From positions 1,550,001 to 1,614,000 of the forward strand of contig OX597825.1 of the NCBI GenBank assembly GCA_951406725.2: 64,000 nucleotides of DNA. The letters run 5' to 3'. Every line of letters starts with the position of its first letter. The first letter of the stretch is position 1. The notes beneath the pieces were generated by a model. The model did not search any database. It saw only the letters and a list, made by a program, of their open reading frames with translations, and was not told the DNA's origin. The position numbers and the translations under genes are program-made. The stretch is from Octopus vulgaris (taxonomy: Eukaryota). Positions 38,893 through 52,006 of this stretch are shown piece after piece.

Positions 38893-39299
38893 CTAAGTCA
38901 GGTTTTGCCTTTATATTTTTTTCAGAAAATATAAAGGCAAAACTTAACCACATTCTGTTCTTCCTAAACTAAATCATGTTTATTTAGTCACACCCAACAT
39001 GTTTGATTATCTTACTTATACCGGAAGAAATCGTTGATTACCTTCCCCTGCCTGAAACCCCTTATTTCACAACATAGCGAAGACATGACACGATGTAGAT
39101 AAAGAAAATTGAGAAATTTGAAAAGAATATACGAAACCGGTTATTTCTCCAAAAACTATCTTACTATACACAAAATTTTCTAACATTTTTCTAACATAAC
39201 GACTTAAATATATTCTTTAACCTTATAACAAAAGCCTTCTGTAGTTTTTTCTCTCTTTTTTATTTTAAATATATATATATATATATATATACAATTCAC

Positions 39300-39550
39300 A
39301 CACACACACGCACACATATATTTGTTTCTGTGCCTGTGTTTTGTTTTCCCCTCATCACTTTGACAACCGATGTTGGTGTGTTTATGTCTGCGTAACTTAG
39401 TTGGTTTGGCAAAAGAGACCGATAGAATAAGTACCAGGCTTACAAAGAACAAGTCCTGGGGTCGATTTTTTTTTAACTAAAAAAACCTTTAAAGTGACGC
39501 TCCAACATGACCACAATCACATGACTGAAACAAGTAAAATAACAAAAGAA
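39300..39550 (+). mobile_element. SINE family A, 3' half
   Basis: tgacaaccgatgttggtgtgtttatg...aaagagaccgatagaataagtaccaggcttacaaagaacaagtcctggggtcga...tgactgaaacaagtaaaa. Confidence 0.85.
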
Positions 39551-40580
39551 TAAAAATGTAATAATGTAAAATGTACTTTGTAAATTAATGTCATTTTTTT
39601 GCAAAATGATTGTAAATGATATGTAGTGGGAGTTGCTTTTGTGTATTGGGAGGTAATTGTGTAGAATTTAGAGTCGTTCAGTTAATCTTTTATAAGAAGT
39701 ATTAAACCGCCCTATTGACATTAACTTCTCGCCATGTAATCTTGTGCTTATGACTGGCAGTGAGTCATGTGGAGACGAAGGAGACAGCGAAATGTCTGAA
39801 ATGATTTGTTAATAGCAAAATAAGATTATCAACATCATCTTTTGATGCGATATACATGTGACTTTTATTCTTTAATGTTTACACCTTCTCTAGATTTCAA
39901 TTGGTTTTTACATCCGATCAGCTATGTGTGTGTCTTATTTTTAATTATGTACAAAGTAACGAACTAGATTCGAACTAATTATCGTTATTTCTAAAGAAGG
40001 CGCGATAATGATTTTATGCATTCATTCCAGTGTTCTTATTGACAAGGGAACCATTAATCTTAGTTTAGAAATAAAGGTTCTTAGTTCGAAAACAATCATG
40101 AGGGGCAGGCATGGCTGTCTGACATGAAGGCTCGGATTTCGTTTTCAAAAAAGGAGAGAGGTCCACAATTAGAACCAACTTCACTTGTGCCTCTGAGAAC
40201 CTAATTTATGCAATAACCTTCTGGCGTTGTGGACATCACTATTATATAGGACAGACAATTATCTCCCCTGTCCACAATAATAACGGTAACCAAATTACCT
40301 CTCCTTAGATTCTTATACTTGGTGAATCATTCATTTATAAACTCCACACACGACGTGCACAAAAAACAAACAAACAAACAATTTCTTAAGAAAATTACGG
40401 ATCTAAATAAATTGCAATGCCATGATCAGCAGAAGCAAAACCAGTCGACAAACACAATATAAGATATATTGAAACTATGTAAAGTGTATGCATTTTCCTT
40501 CTTTAATTTCGTATATATATTACAATTTATCACGTGGGGATAATCGAAATTCCTCCCTTTCTGTTACTACGCACACACAC

Positions 40581-40653
<73 letters not shown>

Positions 40654-41496
40654 GGACGAAAAGTCACGCGCCAAAACATTCGACATTTTATTTATATTAT
40701 TATTATTATTATTCATTTTGTTCATCATGTACAAGTACGTGTGTATTCATCATAATTTTATGAATTTTATTCAATTTTAGAAAAATTAAAGTATGTCTTT
40801 GATAATTCCGCAGTGTATTGAACACATTTTGTGTGACTTTTGGTCCAGCCAATATATATATAGGAGGAAGGTGAGGTGGGGGAATGTACTTAGGGGAGTG
40901 TGCGTATGCGTGTGTATAATCTCCCTACCTCCTCTCTATATGTACGCACATACACCCATATACACAGGCTACACCATAAAGGAAACGATGTAATATATAT
41001 TCTTCTCGTTTCACCCCCCAACTTACCAAATAAATACTAAGGAATGTACAGCTTGTCTGATGTGAGAAGGATTTTATTATAAGGAGTGAAGCCTATACTC
41101 TTTTCATAGAACCCGTCTACACTGAAAACTTAATGGAGAGCATTTTTTCTTTTCATAGATGAAACAGCTTTGTAAATATGTGGAAAAAGGCATCACAGTT
41201 GTCATTTTGGGGCAGATGTACGTCCCAAGGACTTTGTCCACCATTTAGAACAGTGGTTTGCCTGGTTATTTTGCTGGAACTTACAGGTACAATGTTGCAG
41301 CAACTCGTCGAGTCTCCGTGGATCGTTGATGAGATATTTAACCCTATCGTCCGTCAACAAACTGACTTTCCCAAGCACTGTGTCACAACATTTCAGAATA
41401 AAACTGAAAACTGGCGGACGTGGATATTGCTGATTCTTCTGCATGGCAATTCTTTTTCGATTTTATTTCCGGAGTGTAGCTTCGTCCTTTGTGTCT

Positions 41497-41738
41497 TATT
41501 CCTTTCTTGTTTCACTCATTGGATTGCAGCCACGCCGGGATATCTCATTAGAGGGTTTAGTCGAACAAACAGACCCCAGAACTGAATTGTTTAAGACTGA
41601 TACTTATTGTATCGGTCCTTTTTGCCGAACTGCTAAGATACAGTGTCGTAAATAAACTAATACCGGTTGTCAAGCGAGGGACAAAGACAAAAACAATCAC
41701 ATACATCCATTCATCCGTCCGTCCGTTCGTCCGTGCAT

Positions 41739-41783
<45 letters not shown>

Positions 41784-41930
41784 CGTCCGTCCGTCCATCC
41801 GACGGGCGTCTTTCACGTTCCATCAACCATATCTACTCACAAGGTAGACCCGATGCTTTAGTAGAAGACAACTGCCCTAAGTGCCGGAGCCACGTGGTCA
41901 AGAAACAAACTCCTTTATTACTCGGCCACA
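41497..41930 (-). mobile_element. SINE family A, diverged
   Basis: cttgtttcactcattggattgcagccacg...ttttgccgaactgctaag...ggttgtcaagcg...gtagaagacaactgccc. Confidence 0.75.
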
Positions 41931-42388
41931 AATTATTCAACAACAAAAAAAAAAAAATTGGAGAATTACTTTGTTTCTTCTAACAAAGATATTTTTTCTT
42001 ATCTCAAGAAAAGTAAATTACGAAGTTCCATAAAGTGAGCATGCGCAAAACGCATTTACCGTCACCGTAGATTGAAAGTAAGGTATCGTTAAATATCAAT
42101 GTAACCTTTATGCCTTATTCCAAATCAGCGTTTTTTTTTTGAGTTTTTTCTTTTTTAATATTGTCATTTTTATTTTACTGTCGTTTCTTATCCTTTATAT
42201 TTGCTGATAATTCATCAAGCAGCAAGCATTCTGCAGATATATAGATATGCTGTTATCAAATTTCGCATTTGTAAGCATTGCCCCCGAGTGCAAACTCATA
42301 CATACACACACACACACATACATACATAAATGCATAGATAAATACATACATACATACACACTATATATGTATATACATACATGCATAC

Positions 42389-42433
<45 letters not shown>

Positions 42434-44374
42434 TATACACACATATATGTACATATATATGTGTGTGTGTGTGTATATATATATATTACCTCTCCTTACA
42501 CACACACATTTATACGTACATATATTCATGCATACGTTTACACTCAGGGAACAGTGTTTATACATGCGAAATTTGAAAGCAGTGTATGTCATAGTATGTT
42601 TGCTACTCATCAATGAATCATCCGAAAATATTGTTAAGGGATAAGAAAAGATAGAGAATTTAGGTGTCAATGCAAAAGAAAACCTATCCCCAAAAAAGAA
42701 GAAGAAAGAAAAAATGAAGAAGAAGGGAAAAAGAAATGGAAAAACAGAAAGTAAAGTTGGGAAGAAGAAGTGATGTTGGATATTTGAGGATATCTTGCTT
42801 TCAATCTACTTGACTGTAGGTAAATTTCTCAGTCGAACGAAGACACGTTTTATCAATATGAAATAGAATAAATACGGATAATATCAAGTGATTTGTTTGT
42901 TCTTCAGTTTTTGTTCTCAGTTTTTTTTCCCCTGCTGCTTGCGATAAGGGGTAAAAACAATAATTTGTGCTCCAAAATCACGTTTGGTAAGTTTGCAGTT
43001 TGCATTCTACGAGTGGATTCGTGTGTAGCCATTCAACTGGAGTGCAAATACCTGGATATTTGCAGTTCAGTTAAAGGGAAATTTATCGTATCTCATTTAT
43101 GTAAGCCTCTTGTGATGGCAATATGATTTTTTTTTGTTTATTTTTTTTCATTTCTTTTTATATTCTTGTTCATATTGTTAGCTGCAGTGTCACACTGGCT
43201 TTGGTATTGTACAATTTCTGATAGCTGAAGCCTAAAACTATTAATATTAAGAGCCATCACTTGACAACAGGCATTTCCCATGGTCATACTTTTAGATGTC
43301 ATACATGGAATCATTTCATACATATTTACACACGTCAGTGACTGCAGGCGTTTCTATGGGATTCTGGGTGTGACTGCAGGTGTGAGGAGGACAAGTCTGT
43401 TGTAAAGGTATTCTTCAAAAATCGAGGATACTTTTTGTTTTCACAGATATCATACCTAAGATAGATATCAAAAGTCAGCAGCAGCTCTTCCTTTGAGCAT
43501 CACGTGCTGAACATACAACTCTCTGTCCGTTTAATCTGTTTTCGGAAATTTTCCTCACTGATATCCTTTGTTTCATATTGGTTATCGGCGAGAGAGATAA
43601 AAAGGTAAAACTGGTAAAAAGAAAAAAACAAAAAAAAAAGGAGTTAAAAGATGGTAAATGTTTACCAGGGTTGACAAGAGCGAGCAGAAACTTAATCTGA
43701 TGCAATGTAAACAAGTTTACATCTTGGCTAATTCCCAGCGCTGAAGGAAGAATCCCCAACCTGCAGGCAGACTTCCTTACAGAAACTGACTATGGAAACG
43801 AAGAGGAAACTTATAAGTTCTGCAATATTTCCTGATAGATTTGAAGGAAAAAAAAGTTGAAGAAATGCAATCGTTAACATTATCGATGGACTCATCAAAG
43901 AGTAGGGAAATGACAGAATGGGTGCAGTGAGGGAGAAAATGCTTTGCGGTGTTTAGTTGCATAATTTCACGTTGTGGGTTCGAACCGCACCGAGATCGAC
44001 TTAGCTTTTCATCCTCTCCAATAAAAGAACTGGTTAGATAATCGATTAGATCCCTGTTCCTAATGTTGTGGCATTAGGCCCATGTTAAAGACCAATGTTG
44101 TCAATGGGGTCAGTAATGGGGTCTAAAGGATTCCTGGCGAGACGGCAGATAAGGTACCTGTAGCTTCTGATACACACTCACATACATATACACACCCATA
44201 CCCACACACACTAGTTAGGGCCCCTTCTCTGATCTTTCAAGGGGAAACATGAAATATTACTTAACTACATAGTACTGCTAAAAGGAAACATCTACTGAGT
44301 TGCTTAACTTGCTAGAAATACCAGTACAATTCCCTTATAATCACAACCTAACGTCTTTACAAAACGAAAGTTGG

Positions 44375-44514
44375 TAGATTATATCGATCTCACTGCTCCA
44401 CTGGTACTTATTTTATCGGCCCCGAGAGGATGAAAGGCAACTTCGGCGGAATTTGAACTCAGAACGTAAGGACATTTTGCCCGGCGCAGAAACGATTCTG
44501 CCATCTCGTCGCCT
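44375..44514 (-). mobile_element. SINE family B nested inside an abundant ~200-bp repeat (family D)
   Basis: The B body (ctggtacttattttatcggccccgagaggatgaaaggc...gattctgccatctcgtcgcc) splits family-D halves at 44290-44365 and 44535-44605. Confidence 0.75.
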
Positions 44515-45322
44515 TAGAAAGATAGTAATAATAATAAGAGATAGTCACCGCTGGAACGCTTTTCAGCCGAAGTCTACTGGAGTAGAGCTGGCCTGGGTTA
44601 AATGACAAGTTAAGCTGTATCTACGCCATGGTGTCTACTGCATGGTAGACTCTGTTTGTGACAGTTAAGATGTTTGGGATTTTGAGAAAGAAAACTGTGC
44701 AACGCTGCGATATGAACTATTGATTAATCTCCGTCCATTTGACTACCTTCGCTATTTGGAATTATGTATGATATTATTTAATGCAACGATACAATATTAT
44801 ACTTTATCTGTGATGCTTATGGAAAAGATAATCCTTTGCAGATCAAAAGGATTCATGTTTGCTTGCTTCGTGTTGTTGTTGATTACTCCAGGTCACTCCT
44901 GATCGAGCAGACTGAGATCAAAGACGTTTAAACCATAACCATGCATTATTTTTTCAGGCAGTGTGCCTCGAAGATGAAATATTGAAACGTTTGAATATGA
45001 ACGATGGCAGGTTTGGCCTTTCTTTCTAGATCGCCCAGGCTTCCTCTTTCGTTTACACAGAAGTGAATATATTTGCATAGACATACCTTCAAGAGATCTA
45101 TGTATGTATGTATATGAGTAATTCTGTCTTTTTCTTCTGTCTGTCTGTCTATCTGACACTCCTTCAGGAAGAAATCGGCTTTGGTCAGATCTGAAGAGGG
45201 GTGAGTACAACTCAAACTAAATGTGCACAAAATCTGCTGTATGCCAGGATGGCACCTCTACGACTCTGTAAGGGGTTGAGGGTTCAAAGTAAAACAGGCT
45301 TGAAATTATATACGAATATATA

Positions 45323-45508
45323 CAGTATAAAGACACGAGCTACTCATAGTTTCTTACCGTGAAGATATGTGCCTGAAGAAGTTTTCATGGCACGCTTTGT
45401 GTGTTCAAGAGCCTGGAAATTTCTTAGAGACACAAGGCATGTTATAGAGCATGTCTAGATACGTGTCTTTACAGCAAGATATTGTTAGTAGCTCGTATCT
45501 TTATATTG
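45323..45508. mobile_element. Palindromic Tc1/mariner-type MITE (near whole-length foldback)
   Basis: TA|CAGTATAAAGACACGAGCTACT...AGTAGCTCGTATCTTTATATTG|TG. The arms stay alignable for about 85 bp. Confidence 0.75.
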
Positions 45509-45947
45509 TGCCCATTGAATGATATTCATCTCTCATTGGAAGGAGTCCTTTTTTGTTGATCTTATTTTACCTTAACGGAACAGAAACTATGTGTGTGTGT
45601 GTGTGTGTGTGTGTGTACGTATAATATGATTTAAATATTACTCTACGCCTGTATCTTGCGTCAAAGAAAACACATCTGACAATGATACATGCCACTCCTT
45701 GTTACACCTCTTACTGTAACACAGCCCCCTTCTGTCACTCTTTCTGTCTTTGGCACTCTGGTCTAGTCGAGCGTGACAAGTGAACAGCAGCACATCCGTT
45801 GAATAACATTCGTTTTACTTCTCCTGCAACCATTGCCTCAGGTTCTGCTTTCTTTTGACACCCTCTTCCTGCCACACTCCTTGGCGTGCAAGGAATAAAC
45901 ACAGAAAGCTAATTATTCTATGCGGACAAATATTACTACTGTGTTAA

Positions 45948-45984
<37 letters not shown>

Positions 45985-46066
45985 ATATTATATAATATGC
46001 ATATGTATGTACGTATAATATATATATATATATATATATATATGTGTATATATATATTATATATAT

Positions 46067-46114
<48 letters not shown>

Positions 46115-47254
46115 TGCATGTATGTATTACATCAATGTACAATGCACCAATATCAATATCAACGTCTGTCTGTATGTATGCGTTATTCATAATCACACAC
46201 AGACACACACACAGACGCACACACGCTCACACACACTTGTACATAAGTGTTTATGTGTCTGAATTTGTGTTTCAGGATAGATTTTAAAAGGTAGATTTTG
46301 CTTAGATGAAGAATGTGTAACATGTCTGTGAATTTCTTACGATTTCTTTGATGTCAGTCAGAGATACGCACTCCAACAAATATAGACACTTGTAGAAATA
46401 CCCATTACACGTATTATATATATGTATATATATGTGTGAATTAATATATGCAAAGACATACCCATGTATCGTTGTGTTTGTGTGAACATATGCTTGTGCA
46501 CACATGTGTGTGCCTGCCAATGTGTGTGTGTGCGCGTGTATTCAAAGGTTGTGGCTTTTGACGTGTTACGTGTCTGTTCGTAAGACGTGTGCTTGACGAT
46601 CAGTAATAATGTTGTAATTTCGTCAGCAAATTCTTTATCACTTTAGTATATTTATACACTATTCTGAAGACATAACTGGTTGATTTAATGACAAGCTTCT
46701 TTCTATATTTATTTCTTCTTCTACTGTTTTATTTTATACATTTTTTTTCAATAAAACTTAGCCAAGAGAATATACGAGAAGTGATAGTGAAAAAAGAAAA
46801 CTTTGGCAATTTCAACTTAATAATAGTTATATATCTAGATATCTAGAAAGTGTATTATGTTCCCCCTTTACCACCACCTTGTCATCTTTTCCTCGCAGAT
46901 CATACTAGAAGTAAGATTTCATCACCATAACGACACATCATTAAACCTATCGCGAAGATCTTTTCGGTAAATAGCTCAATTTTTCTGCTGTGAGGTTTTA
47001 ACCGAGGTTGTTCGTCATCTTGTTTGTGACCACGTAGTTGATGACATTTTTAGCAGCGAATTCATATTTTCATCTTCGCTTGGTGAGGAACTCAGAATTT
47101 TTTAAACTGTTTATTTTCTTGTAATTGATTTGATATACTGATCTATTAGTATCATTATAATTGTCCTTGTACTGTCCACAACGTAGCCAATAGAATAAAA
47201 AAAAATATCCTTTCTGGTAACACGTCCTTACCACCAGCATTTGTCGCCCCGTGG

Positions 47255-47576
47255 CAAACAAAAGGACCGATTGACGTTTCGTCCGTCTTTGCCTTCAGGG
47301 TTCAAATTCCGCCGAGGTCGACAAGTACCAGTCAAGTGCTAGGGTCGATGATCTCCACTAGCCTCCCAACCAAAACTTCAGTCGTTAGCACGCCGGACGA
47401 AATGCTTAGCGGCATTTCGTCCATCTTCATGTTCTGAGTTCAAATTCCGCCGAGTTTTACTTTATCTTTCATCCTCTCGGGGACGATAAAATAAGTACCA
47501 GTGAAACACTAGGGTCAATATAATCGACTGGTCGCCTTGCGCCAAATTTCAGGCCACGTGCCTATAGTAAAAAGGA

Positions 47577-47608
<32 letters not shown>

Positions 47609-47617
47609 CTTCTTCTT

Positions 47618-47648
<31 letters not shown>

Positions 47649-47790
47649 AGATGGTGAGCTGGCAGAATCGTTAGCGTGTCGAACAAAATGCTCAATAAAA
47701 TGATGAGTACCAGGTGAGTAATACGGTTCATGTAATCAACTATACTCTTTTCTAAAATTGCTGGCCTTGTGCCAGAATTTGAAGCGTTAT
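47255..47790 (+). mobile_element. Three tandem, partly deleted SINE-B copies with a (TTC)n tract at 47579-47647
   Basis: Repeated gttcaaattccgccgag, aagtaccagt and gatggtgagctggcagaatcgttagc segments. Confidence 0.8.
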
Positions 47791-47925
47791 CCAACCATAG
47801 TAAAGTACTTCGAGTGTTGAATGAGTTCAATTAGCGAGAGAAGTACAGACGCAAGCGTTTTGAATTCTTGCCTTTGAAGAGAGAGCAAAAACAAACGAGA
47901 GATTTGTTAATTAGAATTAGTTGTG

Positions 47926-48048
47926 AGGCGTGGCTGCATGGTTAAGAAGTTTGCTTTGCGACCACATACAATTGCCTTCTACTATAGCCCTGGACCGAAC
48001 GATAGCTTTGAAGGAATTTGGTAAATAGAAACAGTGTGGAAGCCCGTC

Positions 48049-48109
<61 letters not shown>

Positions 48110-48110
48110 A

Positions 48111-48143
<33 letters not shown>

Positions 48144-48375
48144 CACATACACATATATGTTTGTGTATGTGGTTATGCATGCACCCCTCACCGCTTAACA
48201 ATTGTGGTGGTTTATTTACGTCCCCATAACTTAGCGAATTCAGCAAAGAGACCGATAGAATAAGTACCAGATTTCAGAAAATAAGTAATGGGTTTGATTT
48301 GTTCGATTAAACCTTTGATGGCGGTGTCGTCGCAGCTTGGCTGCAGCCTAATGACTGTGGCAAGTAAAAGATAAT
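47926..48375 (+). mobile_element. SINE family A with an internal deletion and an expanded microsatellite
   Basis: ggcgtggctgcatggttaagaag...cttctactatagccc...aagcccgtcgtatat...gtttacgtccccataacttagcg...aagagaccgatagaataagtacc. Confidence 0.82.
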
Positions 48376-48399
48376 GGGAAAGATAAATATCGAGAAGAG

Positions 48400-48550
48400 A
48401 AAGAGGAACGAGTCGTTTGTGTTGGTGATTTGATAGGAAGTGAACGGCGGCAGCGTCAGCCGAGTTTATCTATTATACTTTCATTTCAACAACCGAACGA
48501 AATGTTATACTTTGGAAAGAAATTAATATTTCGTTATTGTAATTGAGAAG
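48400..48550 (+). other. Candidate 5' (non-coding) exon and promoter-proximal region
   Basis: CpG-containing unique sequence with an ETS-like ggaagtg, ending in a strong donor GAGAAG|GTGAGT at 48551. Confidence 0.3.
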
Positions 48551-49510
48551 GTGAGTTGAATTACTGGACAGTTGGACAGTTTATCATCAAATCTGATCGC
48601 TAAACCCAATACACAACGCTACTATAAATAAATAAAATTAAACTTTCAAATGTTGTTTGATATTCAGTTTTTTAATATAACATTTAATAACGTGCTGTCA
48701 AATATATTGATTTGCAACAATGGCAGCAAGCCACAAATTATGGAGGGCGATAAATTTGATTAAATCGTTTCTAACACACGGCTGGTATTTGTTTATTGAG
48801 CCCCGGAAAAATGAAATATAAAATGCAACCTTAGTACGATTCGAACCCAGAACATAAAAGGATGTAAAAAAATGGCTTGTTAATGAGATTGGCTGAGACG
48901 TCAGATTGTCGGAAATAACGCTTTGGAGTATTCGTTCGGCTCTCAATCATCTAAATTCAAGTCCCACCCAGTGGAATTGTCTGGAATCTTTAGGGGGTCA
49001 CTAAATGAGTACCAATCCACTAACGTCTATAGAGAAAACACTAGCCCTTTAGGGTCGATTATTCTTTCCTTCCTCCATCCCCTCGTCTCTCTCTCTCTCT
49101 CTTCCACCGGAAGAAAACAGCTGTTGTCATATCTGGAAAGGGATGGGTTCCGACAGGTAGAAGCTAACCATGTTATGCTGTCGTGAGGCTTCCCTTCGAC
49201 TTTATCAGGAGTTGAGGACCAAACGATTGAGGCAACTCGATCCCTTACTACGTTTTCTCCTGCCGTTCTGTTCATTGTGTCAGTCACCGCCCTTAACGAT
49301 GTCAAATGCACCGATCTCTTCTTTTGTGAATTTAAGGCAGTGAAAGACAAACTGAAGACCGCAGGACTTTTTGAAAAGGATTTCATCAGACAGAAAAAGT
49401 CTAACGAAAACACAACTCGCCTGGCAATAAATCACGCTTCATGCGGCTCATTTCTCGAAAAAAGGTTACCCATGACTGGCTTAAGGCATCAAGCCATGCG
49501 TGAAAGCACG

Positions 49511-49569
<59 letters not shown>

Positions 49570-50221
49570 ACACACACACACACAAATGGATACATACAAA
49601 CTCATATACGAGAAAATTGGTTTGTAATTTTAACAAAATATACTGAATATTATGAAAATATTATCGAAGACTATCTGAATCTCAGTAAAAAATGGAAATA
49701 AAACGCTAAATTTCCTTAAAAACAACGCACAAAAAATATTATTGAAACGTTAACTAATAGAAAAGTAAAAAAGCATGAAGTTGGCGCGTCCGTACATGTT
49801 TCTACGTAAACTCATGTATTTGGCTACAGTGAGAGCCCTGACTTTCTTTGTTGGTGTTGTAAGCTGATATGCAATATGTAACGATGTCTTTTTGGATCCA
49901 AGTGATGATGTAAAATATTTTGGCAATAAAATAGTTAATGTTATTTCCAAATCAAAGGGTGGAAAATATACCCACACAAATGCATATATATTGTACATCG
50001 CTGTATAAGTACACACACCTACACGAGCGTATGCATTTACACACGCACACAGACAGACGTATATCCTTACATTGCTCTCAATTAATTAGATGCTTATGTG
50101 TGTGTGTATAATATATATATATATATATATATATATTCACGCACAAATACACACACACACACACACACACTAACAAACACACACACACACACACACACAC
50201 ATTTTCTAATGAACAACGCTG

Positions 50222-50365
50222 CAGTTTCCGTCTACCAAATTTAGTCACAAGTCTACGATTGGCTTAGTACTATAGTAGAAAGCACTTGCCCAAAGTACCA
50301 TGCTGAAGGACTGAACATGGAACTATGTGGTTGGGAAGCAACCTTCTGAACCACACTGCCATTCT
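50222..50365 (-). mobile_element. SINE family A 5' half
   Basis: cagtttccgtctaccaaat...tatagtagaaagcacttgcccaaag...ggactgaacatggaactatgtggttgg. Confidence 0.75.
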
Positions 50366-50376
50366 TGCACGCAATA

Positions 50377-50411
<35 letters not shown>

Positions 50412-50800
50412 TTGCAAATACGTTTACATGCGTATGTTTAGTAAGCGTTACAGCCATGGCGTGATAGTAAAGCCATGGTTTAACCATATGGTGCTTTCGG
50501 AGAACAGGTCGAATAATCCGGGATTAATTTTGTTGGTTGCCAAGGGTATCTAACTAGTTTCGGTCTACCAAAAGAAAAAGAAACTGAGAACTAATTATGC
50601 AAAATCGTTTTACTAACCAGCACCGATTCCAATTACTTGCAATTCCGCAAACACGCTCTGGCTGTTAAGTTAATTAAAACACTGAGGAAGTGTTTGTGCG
50701 AATCCACAACGAATAAGGTTAATGAGACTCGTGTAATGTGGTTCGACTGAACGACTGTTGACAGCAGGAGTCGGCCCGTGTGTTTATATAAACAGGTTCA

Positions 50801-50834
<34 letters not shown>

Positions 50835-50861
50835 CATACATACATACATACATACATAGAC

Positions 50862-50894
<33 letters not shown>

Positions 50895-50958
50895 CATACA
50901 TACATATATACATACATACAAACATACATACACACACCCACATACATACATACGTACA

Positions 50959-50991
<33 letters not shown>

Positions 50992-51484
50992 GCATGCATA
51001 CATACATAAATGTGTGTGTGTGTGTGTGTGTACATTCACACGTGCACACACACACACACTAAAAACAATTACAAAGAATATAGAGACAAGTACATCTTCA
51101 AATTTTTCTTTTAATTGTGACAGTTAATCACTCAGCCTAATTAGTTAAAATGACCGACACGTGTTTCTGCTGCATAGAGAATATGCAGCTGTATATGCAA
51201 CATGCAATATTTCATCCCCATGTACTTATATATATATATACATTTATACACAGGCGTACATATGTAGCTGCAGTAAGGCCAAAGGGTTAAGAATTTCGAT
51301 TCGTAACCGCGAGGTCTGTGTTCGATCCCATTGCTTTGCATCCTGGGCAAATATAATTTATATAATCTTATAATCTTAGTTCGATCCATAAGCTGCGAGT
51401 GAAACGGGGTATGCGAAAACTGTACAGAAGTCAATTTGAGCGAATTGTGGCAGAAATTGCCTGAAAATTACAGGAGTAGACGTA

Positions 51485-52006
51485 CCGTAAATCCTCGAGT
51501 ATAGTCCGCCCTTGAGTATAATACGCAGGGGATTTTTAGGGGGCTGTACCGCTGAAAAACCTAAATCTTGTGTATAATACGCACCCCTTCTCTAACTTGA
51601 GTCGTGCGTAATTAAGCCAGCAGCACCTAGTCGAACAAACACTTCCGCGCATGCGTAATACAATAATGGTGATGTACTTAACTGTTATATGGGAATGTAA
51701 ATATGTTTGCAAATTGTTTTTGTTACATGTTATTCTGTGTTTTGAATACTTTTATTTTAATAAATGTTGCTTACTGCAAATTATTGATGATTCTTTTATG
51801 ACTTCATTGCTTTCAGGATTAGCTTAAGGTAATTTCGCGCCCGACATCACAAAATACATCTGAATAAATATTGCCGGACAGCAAATAGAGACTCAGACAT
51901 TGCTTAGAAAATATTTTTCATTTTTAACCTCTTATATAGTACGCACTAGGGATTTTGACCATTAAATTTTGGGGAAAAAATGCGGATTATACTCGAAGAT
52001 TTACGG
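51485..52006. mobile_element. Tc1/mariner-pogo-like MITE, 522 bp, with a TA TSD
   Basis: TA|CCGTAAATCCTCGAGTATAGTCCGC ... GCGGATTATACTCGAAGATTTACGG|TA. Internal subterminal repeats of the tata(a/g)tacgca type. Confidence 0.92.

Noticed and set aside
47549-47830. Poly-lysine ORF
   Set aside because: It is the reverse translation of the (TTC)n tract between SINE copies.
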